Source of the DNA: Actinomycetes bacterium
Lineage (GTDB): Bacteria > Actinomycetota > Coriobacteriia > WRKU01 > WQUG01
Reading direction: 5' to 3'
Length of the DNA: 64,000 nucleotides
NCBI GenBank assembly: GCA_031272275.1
Contig: JAISUC010000011.1
Span: 2,290-66,289, forward strand
Positions 31,301 through 43,300 of the stretch are shown piece by piece. The first letter of the stretch is position 1. Every line of letters begins with the position of its first letter. Made by a program: the position numbers and the translations under genes. A model generated the notes under the pieces. It was not told the DNA's origin. It saw only the letters and a program-made list of their open reading frames with translations, and searched no databases.

Positions 31301-34300
31301 AGTTGTAGCCGTTGTCGGTATCAGTAGTCACGATGGAGAGTACGATGTCTCCACCGGTGTGATGTGCCGGGACCCAGTCGCCGTTGCCACCGTTTGCCGT
31401 CGGATCCCAGACCTCCAGATCCACGGTCGTTCCCGGCAACAGGGGCTCGCCTGTGTCCTTGATGCCGTCGTTGTCCTGATCATCCCAGACATAGCCGTTG
31501 ATGTCATAGCTCGCAGACAGACCCAGATCGTTTCCGGTCGAAATGTTTCCGGTCACGCTCGGGTCCAGCACGATGTTGCTGATGGTCGCAGTCTTGGAAC
31601 CATTCGGCAGCACCGTTTGTGTCGCATCGCTGTCACGCAGGTCGTCTGTGCCCTGATTGATCTTCGTCGCGCTGTAATCGCCCAGGGTGGCGCCTGTTGG
31701 ATCGCTGAATATGACCTGATAGGTACCGGCCGGCAGCTCGTCAAAGCGATAGCCGTATCCGGCAGACGCCGTGTCGGTGGTTACCGTCTGGGGCAACACC
31801 GGCGTGCCGTCGACGTGTACGGCGGGCACCCAGTCGCCGCTGCCACCGTTGGCGGACGGATCCCAGACGTTCAGCTGTACGCTGCTGCCCGGCAGCGGCG
31901 TCTCGCCGCTGTCGCGAATGCCGTCGTTGTCCGTATCGTTCCAGACAGTCCCGCGGATTTCATAGCTGGGTACCAGACCGATGCCGACCGTGTCGATGTC
32001 GCGTGTCACGTATCCGACGTCAACGGTTGCGGTCGTCAGGTCGCTGTTATCGTTCTTTGCAGCGACCGCGTCGCTGTCCAGACGGTCATCGGTGCCGACG
32101 TCCTTTTTGGCAACCTCGTAGTCTGCCAGCGTGGTGCCACTGCCGTCGGTGACGACGACTTTGTAGTCACCTTCGGGCAGGTTTTCGAACTTCCAGTTGG
32201 TGTTGCCGGTTGCGGTGTCGGTGGTCACAACCGCGGTATAGGTCGTACCCTGACTGTCCGTCGCCGGGACGTACTCCCCCGTTATCGGATCGCGCACCAA
32301 CAGGTTCACGGTCAGATCGCCGATTGCAGGTTCACCCGGATCGCGCACACCGTCGTTGTCGGTGTCTTCCCAGACCAGGCCGCTGATGTCATAGGTTTTG
32401 ACCAGGCCGAAGTCGATGTTGTAGGCATGCCCGTTGCCGTCGTAATCGGTACCACCCACGGCCGCCTGGGCCCGGTCGGTCACGCCACCGGTATAGACGC
32501 CCACGGCATCGTTGTTCACGGTCGGGTCGTTTCCGACCTTCGCGCGCGTGACGCCATAGACGCCCAGCACGGTGCCCGACGGATCGTACAGGGTCACCAC
32601 GTAGCTACCCGGGGGCAGTTCGGTGAATTCATAGGTGTGCCCGGACAGGCCGTAGTCGGCAACGGTCACGGTTTCGGTCGCCACCAGCGTGCCATCTATA
32701 TGATGCGCGCGCGTGGTGCCGTCCGATTCGTAAACCACGACCAGGCAGCCGTCCGCCAGCAGCACTTCGCCGGTGTCGCGGATGCCGTCGTTGTCGGCGT
32801 CATCCCAGACCAAGCCGCTGATTTCGGCGTTCGGCACCAAGCCGCAGTTCACGCCCGAAACCACTCCGTTGGTCCCGATACCCGGACCGGTGTCGATACC
32901 GCTGACGGTCGCGGTCTTGGTGCCTTCGCCGCTGCCGTGTTGTGTGGCGTCCGAATCGATCAGTTCGTTCGAGCCGACATCGCGTTTGGTGACCGACATA
33001 TCGCCCAGCGTGTTGCCGGACGGGTCGCTGAAGGTCACGCGATACGTGCCTTCAGGGATGTCGTCGAATCGGTAGTTGTAGGTCGCGGACGGCGCGCCCG
33101 CGTTGTCCGTGGTCAGCTGCGAGGGCACCACAGCACCGGTCACATCGTGTGCCGGCACCCAGCCGCCGCTGCCGCCGTTGGCGGTCGCGTCCCAGACCTC
33201 CAGGGTCACGGTGGTCCCGGGAATCGGCGCCTCGGAGCTGTCGACCAGTCCGTCGTTGTCGGTGTCTTCCCAGACCAGACCGTTGATCTCGAAGCTGCGC
33301 GTCAGACCCAGGTCGTTGTTGCGACTGGACCAGCCGTCGACCAAGCTGTCGGCAGGCAGCGTGATACCGTCAATCGTCGCCGATGTCAGGGTGCCGTTTG
33401 CATCGTGTCCGCCCACACCGTCGTTATCGATGGTGTCGTCGCTGCCCACATTGGTCGCAGACACGCCGAATTCGCCCAGCAGGGCTCCTGATACGTTATC
33501 GGTGAACACCACTTTGTATGTGCCATAGGGCAGGTCCTCGAACAGGTAGTTATGCCCGTTCAAAATCGCTGTCGTGGTGGTCTGCGGCGTGATGGTTCCC
33601 CCGTGGGCGTCGGTCGTCACCTGCGTCCAGGCGCCGCTTGAGGGGTTTTGCACGAACAGCGTCGCGACCACTCCGGCCAGCGCCGGCTCGCCCGGATCCT
33701 GCAGCCCATCATTGTCGCGATCCTCCCAGACCAGACCGCTGACCTCGTAGGTTCGCCGCAATCCGATATCGTTCGAGACGCTGTCGGTGTTCGTCAGCGA
33801 CAGCAGCGTCGCCGCGTCATCGATACTGACCGTCACCAGCTTGCCGGTACCGTCGGTGGTATGCGCGGTGGCATCACTGTCGACGGTGTCGTCTGCGCCG
33901 ACGTCGCTGGCAGTCAAATCACAGGCACCCAGCCACTGCGTGTCGCTTTCAAAGGTCACGCGGTACTGACCTGCCGGCAGCGCGGTAAAGCAATAGTTAA
34001 ACCCGGTCTGTGTCGCCGTGGACGACTCGGTCACCTGCGACGGGACCAGGTTCCCCTGGTCGTCGCGCGCAGCCACCCAGCCGCCGCTGCCGCCGTTGGC
34101 AGACGCGTCCCAGACCTCCAGCGACACCTTCACGCCGTCGATCGCCGGCTCATCCGGATCCTGAATGCCGTCCAAATCACGGTCATCCCAAACCAGACCC
34201 GCCAACACATAGGGCTTGAACAGACCGGCGTCGTTGTGTTCGCTGGCGCTGGCCGTGCCGTCCACCGAAATCACGTGATTTGCCTGTGTGGACATATCGA

Positions 34301-37300
34301 CCAAATCGTGCAAGTTGGTATAGCGCCCGTCGACGTCGCTGTCCTTATCCTCGTTCGCCGTGCCCGTCAGGCGCAGCGTCGTCTCGTAATCGCCCAAGTT
34401 CGCCCCACCCGGTCCGGCCGTGGACGTGAACACCAGATAGTATTCCCCGTCCGGCAGGTTCGTGAACACATAGCCGTTCGTCGCGTCGGTCACTTGGGGC
34501 GTGATGGGGTTACCGTCGCGGTCGGCCGTGACCGTGACCCCGGTCGAGGCATTCACCAAGGTCACCGTGACGCCCGAAATCAAATCCTCGCCGGCATCCT
34601 GCACGCCGTTGCGGTTGCGGTCCTCCCAAACCAGGCCGCTGACCGTACGCGGCAGCCACAGGCCCACGTCGTGGTGCTTCGACTGCCAGACCTCGTCGGC
34701 CGGGTTGTTCACGATACTGACTCCCGGAATGGTCGCCGCGGTCAATTCATCGGGGGAGTACGTCCCCACGGTTGATCCTTGATAGTCGGTCGTCGTGGTA
34801 TCAGGATTCGTATGCGTGTAAGTGCTGTTCGCGTCACTGTCGACGGCGTCATCGCCTCCGGCGTCTTTGGGGCTTAAGCTATAGCGACCCAGATCGGCAC
34901 CGGTACCGTCGGTGAACACCACCACGTAGTTACCCGCAGGCAGGTTGTCAAACGCGTAGTTGTGCCCATCCAGCCAGGGCGTCGCCGTCGGGGTTTCCTG
35001 ATCACTGAAGACCCAGGTGTTACCGGTCACGGTCGCCGTGACGGGGTTACCCCAGACGTCCACGGCAGGCGTCGTGCCGTCCGCCTGGTACAGGGACACC
35101 GTGATGCCGTCGATGGCAGGTTCGTTTGCCTCTCGCACGCCGTCGATGTCACGATCCAGCCAGAGCGATCCCGTGATTTCGTACTTGCGCGGATCGCTGA
35201 CTTTTACGAAGGCGTCCACCGTGGTGTCACTGCTGGTGACATCTGCCCAAAGCACAGGCGTAGTCGCCCCGATGGTGTCTGCGTGCACGGGAATCTGCGG
35301 GAAGATGCGGTCGGTGATCCCGGTGATGGTGACCTTACCGTATCCCGGACGCACGGAGTACTGGGGCGGGGACGCAACTTCCTGCAGGTAATAGATACCC
35401 GGGTTCAGGTTGTTCACGATCAAAGTCCCCTGTGCGTCGGTCGTCAGTGTCGTCGTCACGCTGGTTCCGTCGGCATAGTACAACAGGAACTGCGCACCTG
35501 CCAGCTCGTTTTCGTTGTCGGCCTTGTACTTGGTCAGGACGATACGGTGGCTGGGCACCTTGTCTTCCAGCGTGATCCATTTGCCGCCGTTGGCCTTCAT
35601 GCTGACGGCCTCGTAGCTGGGCTGATAAATAGTCAGCGTTTCGCTCAACATATACCCGTAAGGAGCTGTGATCTCGCGGAAGGTATAGGTGTGTCCTTCC
35701 GCGAACACCAGCCCGAACGGGATGGTAAAGCTGCCGTCTGCCGCCGTGGTCACCGTGTAGGTCGCATCCGGCGTGCCCAAATAGACGCTGCCGGTGTATT
35801 CGGCGACCTCATAGGTCGCACCACCCAGACCGGCAATCAACTGAATCATGCCGTCGCTGCGCACCATCTGATGCGGGGTCAGCCCCATCGAGGTCAGCGT
35901 CGCGGCGTCGGCCGCCAGGTTCGTGCGTTCGTCGGCAATCGAGGGGTTGTAAACACGTGCGATGTCGCCTTTGACGATAACCGGCTGAATCGGGGTGTTC
36001 GTGTAGCTAAAGGTGAACTTTTGGATTTGCGTCGACGATGCCACGCTGAAGTACATGTAGTCCGCCGTCGACTGGGACAGGTAACCGGCAGGAACCGATT
36101 CGCGGATGCGATAGTTCCCCAATGCCGGCACCGGGATGGTGATAACCACCTTGCCCGTGCTGTCAGTGGTACCCGTAAGCGACGGGACGTTTACATAGGT
36201 GCCCGTGGTGTCGTCGTATTTATCTATCAGGAACTGCACGCCGGCAAATCCGGTCGCCGGATCAATGGTTCCCAGCGTCCCGTTCGATGCCAGCTGTCCG
36301 TTTGCGCTGGGGGTGTACTTGGTCTTGGTGATGGTGATTTCAGCCGGCTGGATGTTCAGCAGGTTTTTCACGATCAGCATGTCGCTGCGATATGCGACTG
36401 ACGAGGCATTCACGATTTGCCCGGCGTTATTCACCTGGAAGCGAATGGGCGTGATAATCGCCACGTAATCGGTGGGCGGCGCCACTTCGCTCACGTAATA
36501 CCAGGTGTTTGCGACCAGGTTCGTGAAGGTGATCTTTCCGGTCGCATCGGTCGCATAGGTACCCACCAAGGTCCCGGTGTTCGGCACGCCCTGGTACAGG
36601 CGGAACTGCACACCGGACAGAGCCTTGCCCGAAGACGGCGTCATGTCGGTTTCTGCCATCGCGCGCGCCGATTCGGTCAACGCCGCCAGTTTCAGCAGCG
36701 TCACATTCACATAGGCATTGCGGATGGTGACCGTATTGCCCGATACCGTCGGGGCATAGGTCCCGGAGGCATAGGGGGCCGCAGGCGCGGTCGCAATCGT
36801 CACGGTGGATGCCGCGACCGCCACCGTGAACTCGCCGGTCGGGGTCAGAATCCCGGGTGCGGACATTTCCTTGATGGTGTAGTTTCCGACCGGGATGTGT
36901 TCCAAGCTGATTTTGCCCGCACTGTCGGTGACCACCGAATAGGTCTGATAGGGCGAGGATACCTGGGTTATCAGGAAGGGCACGCCGGCAGCTGCCGTAC
37001 CGGCCCCGCCTGTTTTGGTGATATTCAGGTTGCCATAGACCGGCTCTGCCGTGTTGGAATAATAGGCCAGTTTCGCCACCGGGCTGGTGGTGGTTCCGGG
37101 TGCGGTCAACACAAAGCTGTTCGCGTTGACCGTTCGAATCAGGTCGGAGGGCAGATACCCGGCAGGCGGCGAGATTTCTTTGACGATGTAGTCGCCGCGC
37201 CACAGTTTCGCCGTATCCAGCGTGCTGCCGTTGGTGCTGGTCCAGTTGGGACTGGACGTGTCAGACGGGAAGACCACCCAACCGGTCTTGTTGGTGGCAC

Positions 37301-40300
37301 TGGTGAACCACGCCGCATCCAGCTGCGCGTGGTTGTTGTCCAAAGTGCCGCTGGTGGCGGTCATCAGCAGGTCACCGGTGGTCGTGTCATACAGTCCGAA
37401 GGTGGCTCCGTTCAAGCCGGCTCCGGTCAGTTCGTTCGCGGTGGTACCGGCGGTTTTCTTCATGATGATGGTCGCCGGGTTGTCCTTGAGCTCGTTGTAG
37501 ACCGACAGCGTTTCCAGCAAGGGCGAGTTATCCGCCCCATAGGCAAAGGTGTTGTATGCCCGCATGCCCGGCTGAGCGATGGTGGCGGCAGCTGTCGACA
37601 ACGTCGGCGCCTTCATCTTGATACGCACTTCCAAGGTATCGGGTTTGATCATTTCGGCCGTCGGGTTGACCTCACGCACGCGCACCGCGCGCACCTGACG
37701 AGCCCAAATATCGCTCCACGTCCCCAACGCCGCCACCTGCGCCTGATTGCGCCAAGTGTATCCGGCCGGTGGTGTGGCATACCAAACGTCTGCGGTAACT
37801 CCGTTTCCGAAACTGTCCGGAATCGGGTTGTTGCTCATCAGGTATTCGACCACATAGTCACTCGCCGTCATCGGCGTGCCGCCGTTCAGGGTGCCGGTGA
37901 CAGTCACCGCCGTGGCGGGCGGGCCGGCTATCACGTCGGTGTTCGCGTCCTGGAACTCGCTGTAGCGCGGACCGCGATACCAGCTCATGTTCGGAACGAT
38001 GGCCTTGTCATCCGCGTAGGGCAAAACATCCAGCACCTGCACTCCGTCATAAGGGCTCGGCCAAGCATTCGAAACCGTCAATCGGTACTCGAAGTTATTC
38101 GTGTTGCCGACAACGCCACTGGTCTGAATACCGGTCGCCGACCACGGACCGTAACTGCCGTCGGCCTGCATCGCGCGGATGGTCTTTTCAGCCAACAAGC
38201 TGGAGATACCGATCACGTTCACCCGCGCCGATGCCTTCAGCACGCCGGTTGCCCCGAAGGGGTTGTTGGTATCGGTCGTCTCCCAATTCGAACTGTCCCC
38301 CACACCTTGGTGCACGGCTGACGGGTCGTTCGCATAGGTCATATAGGCGTTGTTCACCAGCGCGACTCCGCTGGGGGCGGTTTTTGCCACTTTACCCGAC
38401 AGCACGCCCACGATACCGGCATCCGAAAGCGCCTTACTCCCCGATTTGACCAACTTCGCCAAGGTCAGGGTATTGGCCTTAATCACCAGCAGGGGCGCGT
38501 TGATGTGGTTGTAGGTGGCACTGGCCGCCGCCGTGTCTTTGTCGACGTAGGTGACCGTAAGCCCCGTCGCCGCCAGCTTGAACTCGTTTGACGGCGTGAA
38601 GGTGTCATAGTTGAAATTGTCAGGCAGGACGTCGATAATCGTCACGTTGTTCAGCACCGTGTCGAATCCGTCCGGCATGACCTCGTCTACACCGTCATAG
38701 ACATCGATCATCAATCGATACGACATTTGGGAGGGCGTCCCGTCGCTCTGTGTCGCATAAACCGTCTCGGAACCCCCGTTGCGATCTTTGCTCAGACCGA
38801 TTCCGGCGTTCACCGGATGAATGCGGAAGCTGTGTTCATCGACCGCACTATAGGTGCGCTGCGTCACCGTGCCGTCCAGCAGGGTCCGCACGTTGGTGCG
38901 GGTCACAGTGCCATAGTTGTGGTAATAGCCCAAGGGGAAATCGGCGTCGAAATAATAGCTCTCGTCCACGCCGGTTAAGGGGTTATCGGTCTGCCGGTGA
39001 CTGGTCAGCGGCCAGGCAGCCAAGGGCTCGCCGTTTGTCTGATAGTACGTCACCGCGATTTGCTTGAAGTTGTTTTCGGCTCCAGCCGGGTTCTTGAGCT
39101 TCGTATAGAAATAGACTTCTTCAGATGTGTCACCCGGCTTGATGACCTTAATCGACTCGGTCACCGTGATGCGGGTAATGGACTGCTGCTGTGCGACGGT
39201 CAGGCCGGCTGCGGTAAAGTCCAGCTTGCCCACGACGTTTTGGCGATCCAGCACCACGACGTCTTTCGTGCCGTCCCAGTGATAGGCCGTCACACGCGCG
39301 GGCGCATAGCCGTTGGTGTTACCGCGTTTGGCGGAAATGTTATTGGCGGTCCCGTTTGTTCCGGTGGGGTCGACCCCACTGAAATACATACGGGTATCCA
39401 TACCGCGCCGTTTGCCGTCGGGCTGCGATGCATCCGCATAGACGCCGTCGATGACGTCCTCATAGCTGATGTTCTTTGACAACCACCCGGTGGGCCAGGG
39501 GTCGCCGGCATAGATCTTTTGGCCGTTATAGTACCCGCCGAACTCATCGACCTCGCCTTGTCCCCAAGCGGCACGGATGCCTATCTCCCACAGGAACTCG
39601 CCGGTTTTCTCGGCGTTCGTGTCCCAGAACCAACCCTGGGTGATCGGGATGATTTGCCCGTCAAAGGTCTTGTCCCCGGTAAAGTGCGGGGCGATCGCCC
39701 ATTTGCTGAAGTTACCCGGATAGGTGGGTGCCGTGGGTGTGTTGATCGTGTCGCTGGCCTCGAAACTGACCGGTTGTCCCACCAGTGCCGGATCGAGCGT
39801 TTCACTGCGTCCCAAAGGCAAGGTGGGATCGGCGGCCAAGGTATAGAACTCGCTGCCACCCGGATCATCGATCGTCATGTGGAAACTGATTTCGTTTTCC
39901 CATTCCTGCACGTCCAAAGCAAAGGGGAAACCCAGCACCAGTTCAGGTGTGGGGACATTCATCTTGACATTGGTATAGGTCCGCTGCACCTCCAGCGCGC
40001 GACCCTGCATATCGGTCCGGGTCACCACCCAGCCGGGGTTGCGCGCGGGCACAAACTCGGCCGGTACCGTTTCCAGCGAACCGTCCGTTTGGTCGACCTT
40101 GATATAGGTCGGGATCGTGTCGATATAGGTGAAGGTATCGATATTGCGCCGGACATTGGTGACCTTGAACTTGTAGGTCAAAACGGCAGTCTTGCCGGGT
40201 GCATCGTATTTCACGTCGCCGTAAGACCAGGGGGTGTTGACACCGGCAACCAGATTGTTGTCGTCATCACGCGGCTGATGAATCGCGCCCAGATTGATAC

Positions 40301-43300
40301 CGACATCGTCGCGCCATTCGTCCCCATGTCCGTCATTTGCAATTTTCTGTATCGTCGGGGCGTCGTAATAGCCGGACAGATAGACATAGGGGTCTGCCAC
40401 CGCTATCGGAACACCGGAGGTATTAATCAGGGTCGCGTACAGCGGGAAGCTCGCATTTTGTTGTGTGGGACCCTGTGCCAGCCGCCAGGTGGTGGTCGAC
40501 GCCTGCCGGACACCGGCTGCGATATCGGACAACAGGGTAATGGTCAGGATTCCCTGTGACGCATCGTTTGCAAAACTATAGTAGCTCGAGGAAGCCGCGC
40601 CCTGGAAACTGACGTAGGCAGGGTCGTAGAGCACCTCGATTTTGCTGCCGGCGTCAATTTTGCCGGTAATACCCGACATCATCGCCCCGATGTCGACTGT
40701 CAACAGCTCTCCGATCGGTGCATCCACCGTACCGGGAATCTCGACCACGTGGTATGCCGCATAGCCGGACGTGGGTGCGGTGTTGTACTCGAACACCATC
40801 GTGCCCGCAATGGCGGTCGGTGAGGGATGTTCGGGCAGTTCAAAATGCTGCGTCTTACTGGAAGCCGTCGCCGTATAGCCGAACACATTGGGTGCCGACA
40901 GTGTCACGTTACCGTTAGCCGGCAGGGTCATGCTGACCTGGCGATCCGGCATCAGGATGTGGCTGGTGTTTCCCGCCTCGACCATGCGGATTTTAATATT
41001 GACCGGATTCATCACGTATCCGTTATGGGTCACCACATCATCGGCGGTGCTGGTGCTGCTGCCGCCCAGCTTGGTTTTATCCAACACATAGATGGGGACG
41101 GACTTGTTCAGGTTGAACCACTGATCCGAGGGACCCACACCCGTTGACGTCGGGGTGCCCGCATCGGTTGCAGAGAGCGTCTGGTTGTAGATGTTTCCGC
41201 TGGTGTTCTCGGGGCTGATGCCACCGATGATCACATAGCGGAGTGTACTGGAATCGAATGCGTGGTTCGCACGCCAGCTGCTCCAGTAATAGCGCCCGTC
41301 CGCCAGTTCGCTGGCGGCGGTGATGGCCTTGAAATGCGTGGCATCCGACAGGTCCAAGACATCGATCTTCGGTCCTTGGAAACTACCGTGTTCGATGACC
41401 TCCAGGTTTTCGCATCCCGTAAAGTCGATGCTGGTCACGGCAGTCTTTCCCCAAAACGATGCGAATTCGATGCGTTTCAGATTCGTGCAGCCCTTAAAGC
41501 TGATGCTGGTGAGCTTTGTGTTGACTTCGCCCGCGGTGGGATTCGTCGGTGTCACCAGGTATCCACCCCAGCTTTGGTCAAACAGTCCTGCACCGATGAG
41601 TTCCAGAGAGGTACAACCGCTGAAATCAATGGTCGTGCCGGCATACATCTGGAACGCCGATCCGCCAAGTATTTTCAACTTGCTTGATTTGCTGAAGTCC
41701 AAATAGGTAATCGGACTGGCCAAGAAAGTCTGTGCGATGGTCCAGTTGGTGCGGGCCTGTCCCGCCGGCGTGGCACCGTTTGCGGGCTCGCCTGCAACAC
41801 CCACCAGACGGGTGTCGATTCTGCCCTCGTTTTGGCACAGGTCATCCAGCCAAGTCAGGTTCGGCATTTCGGTCAGATCGAGTTCGGTCAGAATCGCGCC
41901 TTTGAAAGCACGGGGACCGATGCGCTTCAGTTTCGCCAGACCGGTCACGTCCAGATGCGTCAAGGGGGCGCGCACAAAGGCGTCATCCCAGATAGTCAAA
42001 AGGTTCCGGTCGCCCGACAGGTCCAGATCGGTCATCTTGCTCTGCGCAAACGCCGCGCGACCGATGGCCTTCAGATTGGACAGCCCGGCGATACCCAACG
42101 CGAACATCGGGGAGTCGCGGAAGGCAAAGGGGCCGATTGCCTGGAGCTCGGGGCAGGTCGACAAGTCAAGTTTGGTGAGTTGTGCCTTTTCAAATCCGCC
42201 GAGGAACTTCAGGTGCGGGTTCCCGGACAAATCCAAGGTACTCAACTGTGCATAACCGAATGCGGCCCGTCCATAGAAACCGGTCGTCGGGGCAGGATCG
42301 GTCGGATAGCCGTCCTCGACCTCGCCGAAGAGCGCCGCCTGAGAATAGATATTCGAGCTCGGCATGTTCAGTGTTTCGGTGGCGGCGCCGGCACCCCAAC
42401 CGGTTGCCGCATTTTCATTGACGGCGCCGCCCGTCGGGGCCGTTTCCTTGGCGACCTCATCGGTCGGGTCATAGCTGATGTATTCCAAGCTCGCGCAGTC
42501 AGTCAGATCAAGCTTGGTCAACGTCGCCTTGTAAAAGGCATAGGCACCGATGGTGGTAAGCTCCGTCAAGCCGTCGAAAGAGATTGACGTCAAAGGTACC
42601 TGCTTGAAAGCATCGCGACGGATCAGTTTCAGATGCTTATTCGCAGAGAGGTCAAGTGTCGTAATCTGCAGGTTGCGGAAGGCCGCAATGCCGATGACCT
42701 CCAGATTCGGCGCACCCGACAGGTCAAGGGTCGTCAACTCACAGCCCAGTGGAGTCGTACCGGAGGCACCACGCTCACGCTCGCCGGCGAAACAGTTTAG
42801 ACCGATTACTTTCAACCCGGGCAGGTTTTCCAGGCTCAGGGTGGTCAAAGGTGCCGTCTGGAACGCCTGCTGGGCAATAGTTTCCAGCTTCGGACAGTCC
42901 TTTATGGTAAGCGACTCCAGCTTGGATCCGGGATAGGTTCCTGATTTTGTATAACACTCAAACGCACTGTTATTGATGATTTCCAGCTCGGGCAAACCCT
43001 CAATCACCAAGGTCTTGAGCTCCGTTGTGCGATAGAACGATGACATGCCGATGGTTTTCAATTTGGGTAGGTCGTTCAGTGTCAGACTGGTGACCTTGAT
43101 GTGCGCAAAGGCCTGGTTTCCAATGGTTTCCAACCGCTTCAGCCCATTCAGATTCAGTGTGGACGAAGTCGACAGGTAAATCCATTGGAAGGCGCTGACT
43201 CCGATGGTTTTCAGGTTATCCAGACCGCTGAAGTTAATCGACTGGACCGAGGTCGCTCCCAGAAACGCATTCACGCCGATATATTCCAAGCTCTCCAAGG